A DNA stretch of 64,000 nucleotides from Anaerolineales bacterium (GTDB lineage Bacteria; Chloroflexota; Anaerolineae; Anaerolineales; UBA4823): positions 61,532-125,531 of the forward strand of contig DAOQUL010000001.1 in assembly GCA_035341015.1 (NCBI GenBank), in the 5' to 3' direction. The notes beneath the pieces were generated by a model. The model saw only the letters and a list, made by a program, of their open reading frames with translations, was not told the origin of the DNA and did no database searches. This document shows, piece by piece, positions 20,396-30,121 of the stretch. Made by a program: the position numbers and the translations under genes. Numbering within the stretch: position 1 is the first letter of the stretch; every line of letters starts with the position of its first letter.

Positions 20396-21655
20396 ATGTT
20401 CATAGACGAAGCACAAATCCACGTACGTTCCGGAAAAGGCGGAGATGGTGTTGTACACTTTCGCCGCGAAAAATATGTGCCATACGGCGGCCCTGATGGC
20501 GGCGATGGTGGCAAAGGCGGGGACGCGATCTTAGAAGTGCGCCCCGCGCTGAATACGCTGGTGGCATTCAGGCACCAGGCCAGGTTCAAGGCTGATGACG
20601 GCCAACGCGGCGCTCGCAGCAACATGACTGGTCGTTCGGCCGAAGATCTGATCATCCCAATTCCGCCTGGCACAATTATTTCTGATGCCATGACCGGTGA
20701 AGTGTTGGGTGATTTAGTAGAGCCTGGGCAGCGCCTGGTGGTCTGCAAGGGTGGGCGGGGGGGGCGCGGTAACGCCCGCTTTGCGAATTCGCGTAACCAG
20801 GTTCCGCGTATTGCAGAACGGGGTGAGCCATTTCAGGAGCGTTCCCTGAAATTGGAATTGAAGTTGATTGCAGATGTGGGGATTGTGGGAGTTCCCAACG
20901 CGGGGAAGTCCACTTTCTTGTCGGTAGTTACCAATGCAAAACCTAAGATTGCCCCATACCCCTTTACTACGATTGAGCCAAACCTGGGCGTGGCAGACCT
21001 GGGCGAAGGGCTTACTTTGGTGCTGGCTGACATTCCCGGTTTGATCGAGGGGGCACACATGGGGATTGGCCTCGGGCATGACTTTTTACGCCATGTGCAG
21101 CGTACCCGGGTCTTGATCCATCTTTTGGATGGTCTTGCGGAGGATCCGGTGATGGATTTCGCTCAGATCAATAGCGAGTTAGCGTTGTTTGATCCAAACC
21201 TGGCGAGCAAACCTCAGGTGGTAGCATTGAATAAAATGGATTTGCCAGACGTGCAGGCGCGTTGGCCCTCGGTTGAGGCTGCTCTCAAGCGGCTTGGTCA
21301 CCAGCCCCTGGCAATCTCAGCCGCGGCGGGCACAAATGTGAAACCCCTGCTTTACCAGGCTGTTCAACTGCTGCAAAGCACCCCGCCTGTGGCAGAAATT
21401 GCCGCTACGCCGGTTTACCGGGTGGAAGCTGATCCAAAGCACTTCACAATCGAGCAGACCCCTGAAGGTTGGCGTGTCCACGGCGAGGCCATCGAGCGCG
21501 CTGCAGCAATGACGTATTGGGAATTTGATGATTCGGTTCGCCGTTTCCAGCATATCCTAGAAACATTGGGCGTAGACCGGGCTTTGCGTGAGGCGGGTGT
21601 GCAAGAAGGGGATACGGTGTTTATCGGCGAGCATGAGTTGGAATGGTCTGATTGA
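20396..21655 (+). CDS. obg: GTPase Obg/CgtA
   Basis: Reads MFIDEAQIHVRSGKGGDG with a Gly-rich Obg fold, then GVPNAGKST, DIPGLIEGA, NKMD and a C-terminal OCT-like domain. An extended -10 (TGGTATAAT, 20378-20386) lies 9 nt before the ATG. Confidence 0.9.
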   Translation: MFIDEAQIHVRSGKGGDGVVHFRREKYVPYGGPDGGDGGKGGDAILEVRPALNTLVAFRHQARFKADDGQRGARSNMTGRSAEDLIIPIPPGTIISDAMTGEVLGDLVEPGQRLVVCKGGRGGRGNARFANSRNQVPRIAERGEPFQERSLKLELKLIADVGIVGVPNAGKSTFLSVVTNAKPKIAPYPFTTIEPNLGVADLGEGLTLVLADIPGLIEGAHMGIGLGHDFLRHVQRTRVLIHLLDGLAEDPVMDFAQINSELALFDPNLASKPQVVALNKMDLPDVQARWPSVEAALKRLGHQPLAISAAAGTNVKPLLYQAVQLLQSTPPVAEIAATPVYRVEADPKHFTIEQTPEGWRVHGEAIERAAAMTYWEFDDSVRRFQHILETLGVDRALREAGVQEGDTVFIGEHELEWSD

Positions 21656-22263
21656 GCGTTCGGCGTATCGGTATTCTGGGGGGGACTTTTGATCCCCCAC
21701 ATATCGGCCATCTTGTGCTTGCTTCAGAAGCGCAGGCACAACTGGGCCTGGAACAGGTGCTGTGGGTTTTAACGCCTTTTCCACCGCACAAACAAGATCA
21801 GCTTATAACCCCTTTGCCCCAGCGCCTTGAGATGTTAAATGCCGCCCTGGATGAAAATCCGGCCTTTTCTTTGTCGCGGGTTGACATCGATCGACAACCG
21901 CCTCATTATGCGCTCGATACTGTGCGTTTGCTTCAGGCGAGGCACCGCGGAACAGACTTGATCTATTTGATGGGGGGAGACTCGCTCAGTAATTTGCCCA
22001 CCTGGTATCACGCCTTGGAATTTGTGCAGGCCTGTGCTGGGATTGGTGTGATGCACCGAACGGGGATTCGTATCGACCTTGATCACGTTGAAACAGTTTT
22101 GCCGGGAATATCCGAGAAGGTGTTATTCATTAACACACCCTGGTTAGAAATATCATCATCTGATATTCGCCAGCGGGTGAGCGATGGCCTACCTTACCGC
22201 TACTTTCTGCCCGCTCCGGTGTACCAGATGGTTAACCGGTATGGGTTATACCAGCAGGAATAG
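21652..22263 (+). CDS. nadD: nicotinate-nucleotide adenylyltransferase
   Basis: Has the GILGGTFDPPHIGHL motif. The TTG start overlaps the obg stop. Confidence 0.85.
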   Translation: MSVRRIGILGGTFDPPHIGHLVLASEAQAQLGLEQVLWVLTPFPPHKQDQLITPLPQRLEMLNAALDENPAFSLSRVDIDRQPPHYALDTVRLLQARHRGTDLIYLMGGDSLSNLPTWYHALEFVQACAGIGVMHRTGIRIDLDHVETVLPGISEKVLFINTPWLEISSSDIRQRVSDGLPYRYFLPAPVYQMVNRYGLYQQE

Positions 22264-22268
22264 ACCTT

Positions 22269-23063
22269 CTAAGTTATCAGTGCCAGGAATTCATGCAAGG
22301 CATGGTTGAATGCTCTTGGCTGTTCGATATTGAGCAAGTGACCTGCTTTTGCCAGTATGACCAGCCGGGAATTGGGGATGGCCACTTGCGTGGCCTCGGC
22401 CTCGGCAGGTGGGACAACCTGGTCTTCTGCACCATGAATGACCAGGGTAGGGCAGTGGATTTGGCTGAGTATGGGGGTTGAGTCGGGGCGGTCGCGCATG
22501 GCATACAGCGCCCCAGCGATCCCCTCAACCGATGCACTCGACATGATCTTGAGCACCTGCCTAACCAGGGCAGGGCGGTTGCTGTAGCTTTGAGGTGCCA
22601 GCATTTTGCCGATCATACCTTCAGCGATTGCTTGGGGGCCAGATTGTTGAACCAATTGGATCGATTTTTCGCGTCCTGCCTTGGCCTGTGGACTGTCAGG
22701 GCCTGGACGCGTGCCTGCCAAGATGAGCCCTCCAACGCGGTGAGCAAATTTTCGATAAAACGCCAGGCTGATATAGCCTCCCATTGAGATCCCGCAAACC
22801 ACCACGGGCCGGGTGATCTTCAGCGCGTCGAGAAAGTCATTGCAGTCTTGAGCCAACAGATCGACGCTGTATGGTCCTGGCAGGGGGGCAGATTGGCCGA
22901 AGCCGCGCAGGTCGGGCGCCAGCAAGCATGCGGTATCTGCCAATCCCGAAAGCTGGTGTTTCCAGATCTGCCGGCTTAGCGGGTAACCGTGGATCAGCAA
23001 AAGTGGAAGCCCCTCACCGCGGGCGCGGTAAGCCATCGAAAAGTCAGGTAAGTGTACTTTCAT
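22269..23063 (-). CDS. alpha/beta-fold hydrolase
   Basis: Reads LLLIHGYP... with a nucleophile elbow GISMGG and a C-terminal His (AGHLLNIE). ATGA overlap with the upstream sensor gene. Confidence 0.8.
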   Translation of the reverse strand: MKVHLPDFSMAYRARGEGLPLLLIHGYPLSRQIWKHQLSGLADTACLLAPDLRGFGQSAPLPGPYSVDLLAQDCNDFLDALKITRPVVVCGISMGGYISLAFYRKFAHRVGGLILAGTRPGPDSPQAKAGREKSIQLVQQSGPQAIAEGMIGKMLAPQSYSNRPALVRQVLKIMSSASVEGIAGALYAMRDRPDSTPILSQIHCPTLVIHGAEDQVVPPAEAEATQVAIPNSRLVILAKAGHLLNIEQPRAFNHALHEFLALIT

Positions 23064-26000
23064 TCCCACACCTCTGCTCGGATAAAGATGTCAACAATTT
23101 CTGGATCGAAATACTTGCCTGCCTCCTGGCGAATGTACTCAATGGCTTTCTTAACTGGCCAGGCCTTGCGGTATGGGCGGTCAGAGCGAATCGAATCCCA
23201 TACATCTGCCAGGGCAAATATGCGGGCCTCGAGTGGAATTTGATTCTCCTTCAGTCCGCGTGGATACCCGCTGCCATCCCATTTCTCGTGATGACAATAA
23301 GGGATATTGATGGCCGGGGCCAGGAATTCAATCGGCGAAAGCATTTCGTAGGCGTGGACAGGATGGCGGCTCATGATATCGCGTTCTGCGGGCGTCAATG
23401 GTCCTGGCTTGTGCAGGATTCGATCTGGTACCGCTAACTTGCCAATATCGTGCAGCAGCGCCCCGCGGCGGATCTGCAGCAGCCTGGCATCATCCAGGCC
23501 CATTGCCTCAGCCAGGCGTACGGATAGTTCGGTCACGCGCTGTGTGTGCCCCTCGGTATCATGGTCGCGCAAATCAAGGGCGCGAGACCAGCCCTCCAGG
23601 GTAGTGTCATAAGCCAACCTGAGCTCAGTATTTGAGCGCTGTAAGTCATTGAACAGGGTGGCGTTATCCACCGCAATGGCTGCTTGCCCGGCAAGTGTTT
23701 CTAAGAACTCAAGCCAGTCTTGATCGGGTTGGAATGATGAGCGGCAAAATACTTCCAAGACGCCTTTGATTTCGCCTTTTGCGATCAGAGGGCTGGCCCA
23801 ACAAGCGGTAAACCCTTCAGTGGTTAGCCAATTCTTGGGAGTTTGAAAATTGGTGTCGGATTTCAAATCGGCGATGCTCAAGGTTTGTCTTTCTAGCGCG
23901 GCGCGGCCGGCGAGCCCTTCGCCAATTCGTATGCCCGAATGGCTATCCTGGCTGCCGCGGAAGGCATAGCCGGCAGCGAACTCTAGGAACTGGGTGTGCG
24001 AATTGAACATGAGAATGGCGGCTGCATCCATGTGCAATTGGTAGACGATTTGTTCCAGCAGGATATTCAATGTAACGCGCAGGTCAAGGCTGGCGTTAAT
24101 GGCCATGTCGATCGTGCGCAGGGCGGTTAATCGTTCGATGCGGCGTTGTGTTTCTGAGAAGAGGTGCGCATTCTCGATCATGATGGCGGCAGAATTGGCT
24201 ACCAGGGCCAGCGCATCGGCATCAGACTGTCTGAAATAATTTAGATAATAGCTTTGAACCTGTAAGATGCCCGCAACCTGGCCCTTTACCATCATTGGCG
24301 CATAGATCGCAGATTGAGGGTAGGGCGGCGGTCCGATTGAGATATTGTGAGAGGATGATTGCAGGCGTGCTTCCAGGTCATTGACCAGGATCGTTTTCTG
24401 TTCGCGAATGACCTGGCTTTGTGGACCTTGTCCATCTGGGTTGAACGGCACAGCCGGCAGGGTGCTGACGTCGATTGGTTGGTCATCGTACTCACCATAG
24501 GCGCAGGTGATAATCTGTTCGTGCGGATCGTATTGAGAGACGATAATGGCTGAAAGATCAGGCAGCAGGGCGTGAAGGCCGCGCGAGATGCGTTCGTATA
24601 TCTGAGGTGGGTGCAGGGTTTCGGCAAGAGAGCGGCCTATTTCGTTGACGGTCTCTAATTGGCGAGCCTGCGATTGGGTTTGCTCATATAATTGCGCACG
24701 GTGCAATGCGTTAGCCCCGGTTTGCGCAATGGCTTTCAAGATTTTTATATCTTCAGTTGAAAAAACGGTTGAGCGACCTATCGCCAGCGCACCAATTGCG
24801 CTTTGTTTAACTGCCAGGGGGACGGCGGCTGCGGAATAATCGCCATCTAAGAGATCGCTAAAGGTAATCCGTGGATCGGTTCTCACGTCGTCCGTAGTGT
24901 ATTGCTGCTTGGGGCCAATGATGTCTTTGAATACATTTTGGTCGGCTGAAAGATGCAGGTGATTGACGCCCGACCAACTGCCAACAGCTAACTCAATGAT
25001 GATCTCTCCACCGGCTTCGTTGCCCAGTGCTATCAGGCTGCTCTTGCAGTTCAAGGATCGGTTGACTTCATTTAAAATGATTGGCAGCATATCGCTGCGG
25101 ACCTGGGCGGCGCGCAAAGACTGGCTGATATCTGCAATGGCTTTTAATTCGCGTTCGCGTTGTTTCGCAAACGTGATATCTTCGGTCAAAATGACCACTT
25201 GAGAGACCTTACCCTGGTCATCTTGGATGGCATAGAAATATTGTGAGACCCATTCGGCTGCTCCGGGCCGGTGGTTTTGATTGTGCAGCTCAGAAATGTA
25301 AAGCGATCCGCCTTCTTGGTAAACGCGCTTGATATCTGGAAGGTATTCGTTTAGATACTTATCTTGATGATCGAAAGCCAAAGCCGGGCGGACCCTGGTC
25401 AGGTCATCTTGGATGGCCTGATCGGGCATCGCCCAGATTGTGCGCCAGGTCTCGTTATAACTTAGCAATTGGCCTGTTGGGCCGCGGACTGAAATCCCGA
25501 CCGGCGCATGTTCGATAATGGCGCGGTTCAGGCTTTCGCTGGCGCGCAGCGCGTCTTCGGCTCGTTTATGCTTGGTAATATCTCGATTTACCCCAATGGT
25601 TGATGTCAGTCTCCCGCTCTGATCGTATACGGGTACGATGACCGTGGCGCAAAAGCCACGTTGGCCATCTTTGCGTAAATAATGGATCTCTCCAGACCAG
25701 CGCCGATTGGCTTCAATCTCTGTTTTGATATGGTCGATGATGTAGGGGATGTCATCTGGATGGTAAATGATGGTTGCAGACTCGCCAAGTACATCTTCCT
25801 TCGTGTAGCCAAACATGTGTTCGGCAGCCGGGTTCCAGTCGGTGATCTTTCCCTCTGCATTTGTGAGGATCACACTGTCAAACATATTCTCGAGGGTGAT
25901 TGCTTGCCTTTGGTAATTGGCGGCATTGCTTCTAGATTCTTCCAAAGCGCGCTCAAGGCGGGAAGTTAAGATGTAAGCCACGGCAGCCAACACGAACAGC

Positions 26001-26434
26001 TCTGCGATTGAGATGAAGTTATATCGAGCAGGCTCGCTGGCCAGGATTGCATCCAGGGTTAAGATTGTATAGCAAATTGTAGAAAGGGCCGCGTAAGGAA
26101 ATGAATAGATGGGGCCGATAAGGAAACTTGCCAAAAGGGTTGGCAGGGCATACAGGATAACCTGGCGTTCTAGTTCGGCGAGCGGTATGTGGGCATTGAT
26201 AAACACAATCATCACAAAGATGGCAATGTGAGCCGCGAGGGTTGTGTTTCCTTTTTGATTAATGCGCCGGGCCACCCATAACAGGGCCAATCCTGCAAAA
26301 TCCATCAGCAGGGGGAAGAGTTTGGTCAGCGGTTGCGGCTGCAAGATGAACGGTATTGCAGTAAAAATGGTCAGCAGCCCGCCTGCCATCAGGCCAATCC
26401 CTGTGATCACCCCGAGAATTTGAGTGCGTGACAT
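23060..26434 (-). CDS. membrane sensor with PAS and multiple GAF domains and a C-terminal HD-GYP phosphodiesterase domain
   Basis: The N-terminal ~170 aa are polytopic. Two PAS-like segments (NAEGKITDWNPAAEHMFGY..; RASESLNRAIIEHAPVG..) are followed by several GAF-like segments. The C-terminus has HTQRV...LHDIGK...HHEKWDGSGYPRGL (HD-GYP). ATG at 26434 lies 6 nt after a TATAAT; the track TTG start is at 26464. Confidence 0.85.
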   Translation of the reverse strand: MSRTQILGVITGIGLMAGGLLTIFTAIPFILQPQPLTKLFPLLMDFAGLALLWVARRINQKGNTTLAAHIAIFVMIVFINAHIPLAELERQVILYALPTLLASFLIGPIYSFPYAALSTICYTILTLDAILASEPARYNFISIAELFVLAAVAYILTSRLERALEESRSNAANYQRQAITLENMFDSVILTNAEGKITDWNPAAEHMFGYTKEDVLGESATIIYHPDDIPYIIDHIKTEIEANRRWSGEIHYLRKDGQRGFCATVIVPVYDQSGRLTSTIGVNRDITKHKRAEDALRASESLNRAIIEHAPVGISVRGPTGQLLSYNETWRTIWAMPDQAIQDDLTRVRPALAFDHQDKYLNEYLPDIKRVYQEGGSLYISELHNQNHRPGAAEWVSQYFYAIQDDQGKVSQVVILTEDITFAKQRERELKAIADISQSLRAAQVRSDMLPIILNEVNRSLNCKSSLIALGNEAGGEIIIELAVGSWSGVNHLHLSADQNVFKDIIGPKQQYTTDDVRTDPRITFSDLLDGDYSAAAVPLAVKQSAIGALAIGRSTVFSTEDIKILKAIAQTGANALHRAQLYEQTQSQARQLETVNEIGRSLAETLHPPQIYERISRGLHALLPDLSAIIVSQYDPHEQIITCAYGEYDDQPIDVSTLPAVPFNPDGQGPQSQVIREQKTILVNDLEARLQSSSHNISIGPPPYPQSAIYAPMMVKGQVAGILQVQSYYLNYFRQSDADALALVANSAAIMIENAHLFSETQRRIERLTALRTIDMAINASLDLRVTLNILLEQIVYQLHMDAAAILMFNSHTQFLEFAAGYAFRGSQDSHSGIRIGEGLAGRAALERQTLSIADLKSDTNFQTPKNWLTTEGFTACWASPLIAKGEIKGVLEVFCRSSFQPDQDWLEFLETLAGQAAIAVDNATLFNDLQRSNTELRLAYDTTLEGWSRALDLRDHDTEGHTQRVTELSVRLAEAMGLDDARLLQIRRGALLHDIGKLAVPDRILHKPGPLTPAERDIMSRHPVHAYEMLSPIEFLAPAINIPYCHHEKWDGSGYPRGLKENQIPLEARIFALADVWDSIRSDRPYRKAWPVKKAIEYIRQEAGKYFDPEIVDIFIRAEVWE

Positions 26435-26500
26435 AAGAATATTATAACCTGATAGATTATTCAATTACACGATTGATTTCAAAATTGCTCAAAAAGGGGG

Positions 26501-26529
26501 TTGTCAGAACTGCACGAACGCGCTATAAT
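26501..26529 (+). promoter_or_regulatory. sigma70-type promoter of tRNA-Pro: TTGTCA-17 nt-TATAAT
   Basis: -35 at 26501-26506 and -10 at 26524-26529. The mature tRNA 5' end is at 26547. Confidence 0.65.
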
Positions 26530-26546
26530 TCGCCCGCAATTCAAAA

Positions 26547-26621
26547 CGGGGCGTAGCGCAGTCCGGCTAGCGCGCTTGCATGGGGTGCAAGAGGTCCCGG
26601 GTTCAATTCCCGGCGCCCCGA
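26547..26621 (+). tRNA. tRNA-Pro (anticodon GGG)
   Basis: Hand-folded cloverleaf. The acceptor is CGGGGCG/CGCCCCG, the D stem GCGC/GCGC and the anticodon stem CTTGC/GCAAG. The anticodon loop is A-T-GGG-G-T (G37) and the T arm is CCGGG-TTCAATT-CCCGG. The discriminator is A and CCA is not encoded. Confidence 0.9.
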
Positions 26622-26630
26622 CTGATCAGA

Positions 26631-26674
26631 GCAAAGGTGAAACCATGTGATACCATGGTTTCACCTTTGCTTTT
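26631..26674 (+). terminator. intrinsic terminator after tRNA-Pro
   Basis: A 17-bp perfect stem GCAAAGGTGAAACCATG / CATGGTTTCACCTTTGC with a 6-nt loop, followed by TTTT. Confidence 0.85.
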
Positions 26675-26683
26675 GGATATATA

Positions 26684-27568
26684 ATGGGGCATGTGAGAAT
26701 CTGTAAATTGCTTTGCGGAATGGTTTTGCTTTTGGCGGCAGCTTGCCAGCCGGCATATTCCGTTGCCCCTACTGTGGCGACGGAAGCCTCTGTCATCACG
26801 CCGTTATCACCCCAGGCAGTTTTCCCCGAATCTCTTCCAACTGCCACTGAGCCCTCACCGGTAATCACTGCTGCACCCGAACCTACTGCCACCATATTGC
26901 CTCCTGAACCGCCTGTGCCGGTATTGCAAATATGCTCGCCGTTGGCAGAAGAATCCATTCCGGAACTGTGGGAGATAATCTCGGATCCTTACAATCCTCC
27001 TCCGCTTGGACGTGACGAGCGTCATCAGGGGGTAGATTTTTCACATTGGGGGCGGCGGGATCGTTCCTCAATCGAAGGGGAAGTGATCCAGGTGGTCCTG
27101 CCGGGCGTGGTTGCGGCGGCAATCCATGACCGGCTACCCTATGGCAATATGGTCATGATCGAAACCCCTGGCACTGAACTGCCGGCTGAAATTGTTGAGG
27201 CCCTGGGGATAGCTGAGGGGGAATCGCTTTATCATCTGTACGCGCATATGCAGAATCCGCCTCAGTTATCGTTGGACCAGGAGGTGGTTTGTGGAGAAGC
27301 CTTGGGAACGGTGGGGATGAGTGGTTATAACATTGTCAACCCACACTTGCATTTGGAGATGCGTTTGGGGCCCGCGGGGGCGCGCTTTGAGGGCATGGTT
27401 TTTTACGATACCAGCGCCACCCTAGAAGAAATGGACGCCTACCGGCTGTGGCGTATGAGCGGTACGTTTCGGCATTTCGATCCAATGGAGCTATTTCGCT
27501 TGACATCCACCCTGGATTTTGCTATGCTTACCCGGCACTTGAGCTTGCTGAGCAATTCGTTCCCGTAG
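26684..27568 (+). CDS. M23 (LytM-type) metallopeptidase, putative lipoprotein
   Basis: Signal LLLAAAC followed by a Pro/Thr/Ala-rich linker. The HQGVDF and HLHLEMR motifs correspond to the M23 HxxxD / HxH sites. Confidence 0.8.
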   Translation: MGHVRICKLLCGMVLLLAAACQPAYSVAPTVATEASVITPLSPQAVFPESLPTATEPSPVITAAPEPTATILPPEPPVPVLQICSPLAEESIPELWEIISDPYNPPPLGRDERHQGVDFSHWGRRDRSSIEGEVIQVVLPGVVAAAIHDRLPYGNMVMIETPGTELPAEIVEALGIAEGESLYHLYAHMQNPPQLSLDQEVVCGEALGTVGMSGYNIVNPHLHLEMRLGPAGARFEGMVFYDTSATLEEMDAYRLWRMSGTFRHFDPMELFRLTSTLDFAMLTRHLSLLSNSFP

Positions 27569-27588
27569 AAAGATCGGAGGCTGTTCTG

Positions 27589-28506
27589 ATGAAAAAACAC
27601 CCTGGTTTTGCCCTGCGCTTATTTGTATTGTTTCTCCTGGTGAATTTGGCTTGCAGCACAGCTACTGTTTCTCAGCAGCCCACCGAGCCGCCCACCTCAG
27701 CGCCTACAAGTGTCCCACCTACCGATATCCCTACTTTCACGCCGCGCCCAACCTGGACACCCCCGCCCTTGCCCACAGCCACAAGGACGCCAGAAAGAAA
27801 GCCCACGGCTACGCTGCAGGACCCGGGTACTTCCACTTCTGTGCCGCTAAGCCAAAATACGTCCACCGTCACACCATTTGATCAGGGTGCGGTTGCCACA
27901 GAAATCCCCGTTAGCACACAATTGGTGTATGCCAGCCCGACGGCACCCGAAAATATCGGGATCAGGCTGCCGTTTTTGGACGATTTTGAATTGTTGGCCG
28001 GTTGGTTCACTGGTGAATCGAATCTGTATCGCATGGAGTTCTTGGATGGCGGCTATCACATGGTGGCAAAGGTCACCACTGATGAGGCCCCGATCTACAG
28101 CGTTCGTGAACAGTATTTTGAAAACATCCGGGTAGAAGTGGATGTGATGCGGGCCGATGGTCCAAAAGGAGCTTACATGGGGGTTGTCTGTCGTTTTATC
28201 GATACGAACAACTTATACCGTTTTGTATTGGATATCGATGGCTATTATGAGATTTCCAAAAGGGTTGAGGGTGAGTTCACGGTGATCGAATCTGGATCGG
28301 GCCAGGGCGTTTTTAAGACCAGCGGTGTCAACCATATTCAGGCTGATTGCCAGGGGCCGAACCTAACCCTCACCGTGAACGGTACTAAACTGCTGACTGT
28401 GCGTGATGTGGAGCTGTTCGCTGGCAAAACCGGGTTAATTGTTGGCGCAAATGGCGATCCCCAGGCCGATGTGCTGTTTGACAATTTCAAGCTCTCGCTG
28501 CCATAA
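27589..28506 (+). CDS. secreted lipoprotein with Pro/Thr linker and C-terminal concanavalin/LamG-like beta-sandwich (tentative)
   Basis: GGAGG SD at 27576-27580. Signal FLLVNLAC, a ~70-aa PT-rich linker, and a C-terminal ~180 aa ending ...GKTGLIVGANGDPQADVLFDNFKL. The fold call is by resemblance only. Confidence 0.6.
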   Translation: MKKHPGFALRLFVLFLLVNLACSTATVSQQPTEPPTSAPTSVPPTDIPTFTPRPTWTPPPLPTATRTPERKPTATLQDPGTSTSVPLSQNTSTVTPFDQGAVATEIPVSTQLVYASPTAPENIGIRLPFLDDFELLAGWFTGESNLYRMEFLDGGYHMVAKVTTDEAPIYSVREQYFENIRVEVDVMRADGPKGAYMGVVCRFIDTNNLYRFVLDIDGYYEISKRVEGEFTVIESGSGQGVFKTSGVNHIQADCQGPNLTLTVNGTKLLTVRDVELFAGKTGLIVGANGDPQADVLFDNFKLSLP

Positions 28507-28559
28507 AATGGTTGGGCATTGTTGTTGAGAGATTCGATCATGAAATAGGAGATCACGAA

Positions 28560-28898
28560 GTGGCCGAGTATACTGTTGAGCAATTGGTATTAGGACATGA
28601 GAAGGCGTTTGTGCCCGAAAGGGCTGGAAACACGGACGCGGTTGTGCAGTATCACCTGACCGGTGAGCAGGGAGGGGATTGGGTCATAACCATTCGTAAT
28701 GGTGTGTGCAAGGTGGCTGCGGGCGTTACCGCGAATCCTACATTGACCCTGATTGCTGAGGAGCTGGTATTCCGCGATATATTAATGGGGCGGATGGATG
28801 GCATGGCCGCCCTTATGCAAGGCAAGCTGCAGCTTAAGGGTAATCTTGGCCTGGGGATGAAGCTGGTCGGCTTTTTTGATCTCCAGCGCGGAATTTAG
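28560..28898 (+). CDS. SCP2 sterol-carrier-like domain protein
   Basis: AGGAG at 28547-28551 with a GTG start at 28560. The C-terminal MGRMDGMAALMQGKLQLKGNLGLGMKL is typical of SCP2. Confidence 0.7.
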   Translation: MAEYTVEQLVLGHEKAFVPERAGNTDAVVQYHLTGEQGGDWVITIRNGVCKVAAGVTANPTLTLIAEELVFRDILMGRMDGMAALMQGKLQLKGNLGLGMKLVGFFDLQRGI

Positions 28899-29083
28899 CT
28901 GTAGCTGGCGACGGGCTGGCTGGAGCGGCGATCAATTTCTACATCCATGCGTTCTCCGCAGGTACAAGGGTAGCCCTCGTAGCACTCTTTGCAGCAAAAA
29001 ATATGGTCGTTGATCACATACGCGCCGCATGTGATTTCAGCACCGCAGTTTTCGCAAAATACTTCTCTTTCAAGATTTAGCAT
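28895..29083 (-). CDS. small Cys-rich putative metal-binding protein (TRASH/zinc-ribbon-like)
   Basis: 62 aa with 8 Cys: FCENCG..C...FCCKECYEGYPCTCG. GGAGGTAA SD upstream. It lies 35 nt downstream of the USP gene, so is probably co-transcribed. Confidence 0.55.
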   Translation of the reverse strand: MLNLEREVFCENCGAEITCGAYVINDHIFCCKECYEGYPCTCGERMDVEIDRRSSQPVASYS

Positions 29084-29118
29084 GGGGTTACCTCCTTCCC
29101 AGCAAGTATGGGGGTTGG

Positions 29119-30048
29119 TTATGTTTGTGATTTGGGGCCGCTGCGTACAACTAATACCGAACAATTCGCATAGTGAACCAGTTTTCGAGAAACACTACCG
29201 AGCAGCCAGCCTTGCACAGAACTGAGCCCGCGCGAACCGGTAATGATTAAATCAACCTGATGTGATGAACTGAAAGCCATCAATTCGGTGGCGGTGTCGC
29301 CGCGTAAAAGCACCGGTTCGGCCTGCACGCCCCCTGATGCAAGGGTTTCGATCGCCTGATCCAAGATCTCTTTGCCGCGCTTTTCTTCTTCGGCTTGTTG
29401 GGCATCCATCTCTTCGGGCGTGGGCACTGGCATGCTGACGATGGCATCGTGGCCAAGCGACCAAGTCTGGATGAGGTATTCTGGCACCATGAGCGAGGCA
29501 GGGGGAAGGACATGCACAACTTGAACCTGGGCCTCAGCCGGCAGGGGGAATTGCGCCAGGTATTCAGCGGCTTGTTGGCTGCTGTCAGAGCCATCGGTTG
29601 CGATTACAACGCGGCGGATGCCGTTGTAGGGCGCTCGGACGATCAAAACTGGGCAGCAGGTGTATTCGACCACTTGTTGGGCAACCCCACCTAGCAGGAT
29701 GCCCAAGGTGGCACGCATGCCCTTTGCGCCCATAACCGTCAGATCTGACAGCTCTTTCTTGGCGTGCTGCAAGATCGTTTCGGCCGGGTAGCCCAGCACT
29801 AGAGACGTCTCAACACCAAGGCCTTTTTCTGCCAGCAGTTTTTCAGACTGCTTGAGCGGCGCCAAGTGTACGGCAGAACTAGAAGCTTCGCGTGGATTTA
29901 ATACACCGAGAATGGTGATCAGGCAGTCGGGTTGAGCCGGATCTTTGAGGGGCAAATCTCGCAGCAACTTAACGGCAGCAAGCGAATGCTCAGATCCGTC
30001 AACCGCTAAAAGAATCTTGCGCGGTCTATGTAGAGTACTTGTGACCAT
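29119..30048 (-). CDS. tandem universal stress protein (two UspA domains)
   Basis: 309 aa. Two repeats each end in a G-x2-G-x9-G(S/T) ATP-binding-like motif (MGAKGMRATLGILLGGVAQQV; TGSRGLSSVQGWLLGSVSRKL). GGAGG SD upstream. Confidence 0.85.
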   Translation of the reverse strand: MVTSTLHRPRKILLAVDGSEHSLAAVKLLRDLPLKDPAQPDCLITILGVLNPREASSSAVHLAPLKQSEKLLAEKGLGVETSLVLGYPAETILQHAKKELSDLTVMGAKGMRATLGILLGGVAQQVVEYTCCPVLIVRAPYNGIRRVVIATDGSDSSQQAAEYLAQFPLPAEAQVQVVHVLPPASLMVPEYLIQTWSLGHDAIVSMPVPTPEEMDAQQAEEEKRGKEILDQAIETLASGGVQAEPVLLRGDTATELMAFSSSHQVDLIITGSRGLSSVQGWLLGSVSRKLVHYANCSVLVVRSGPKSQT

Positions 30049-30090
30049 TTTTCGCCTCCAAAAATTGAGTGATCAATGGCTCTCATACTC

Positions 30091-30119
30091 ATTGTACTGG
30101 ATTCTGATGAGCGAATCAA
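30091..30119 (-). promoter_or_regulatory. sigma70-type promoter of the USP operon: TTGATT-17 nt-TACAAT
   Basis: On the minus strand, -35 is at 30119-30114 and -10 at 30096-30091, giving a ~36-nt leader with a GGAGG SD. Confidence 0.55.
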
Positions 30120-30121
30120 TA

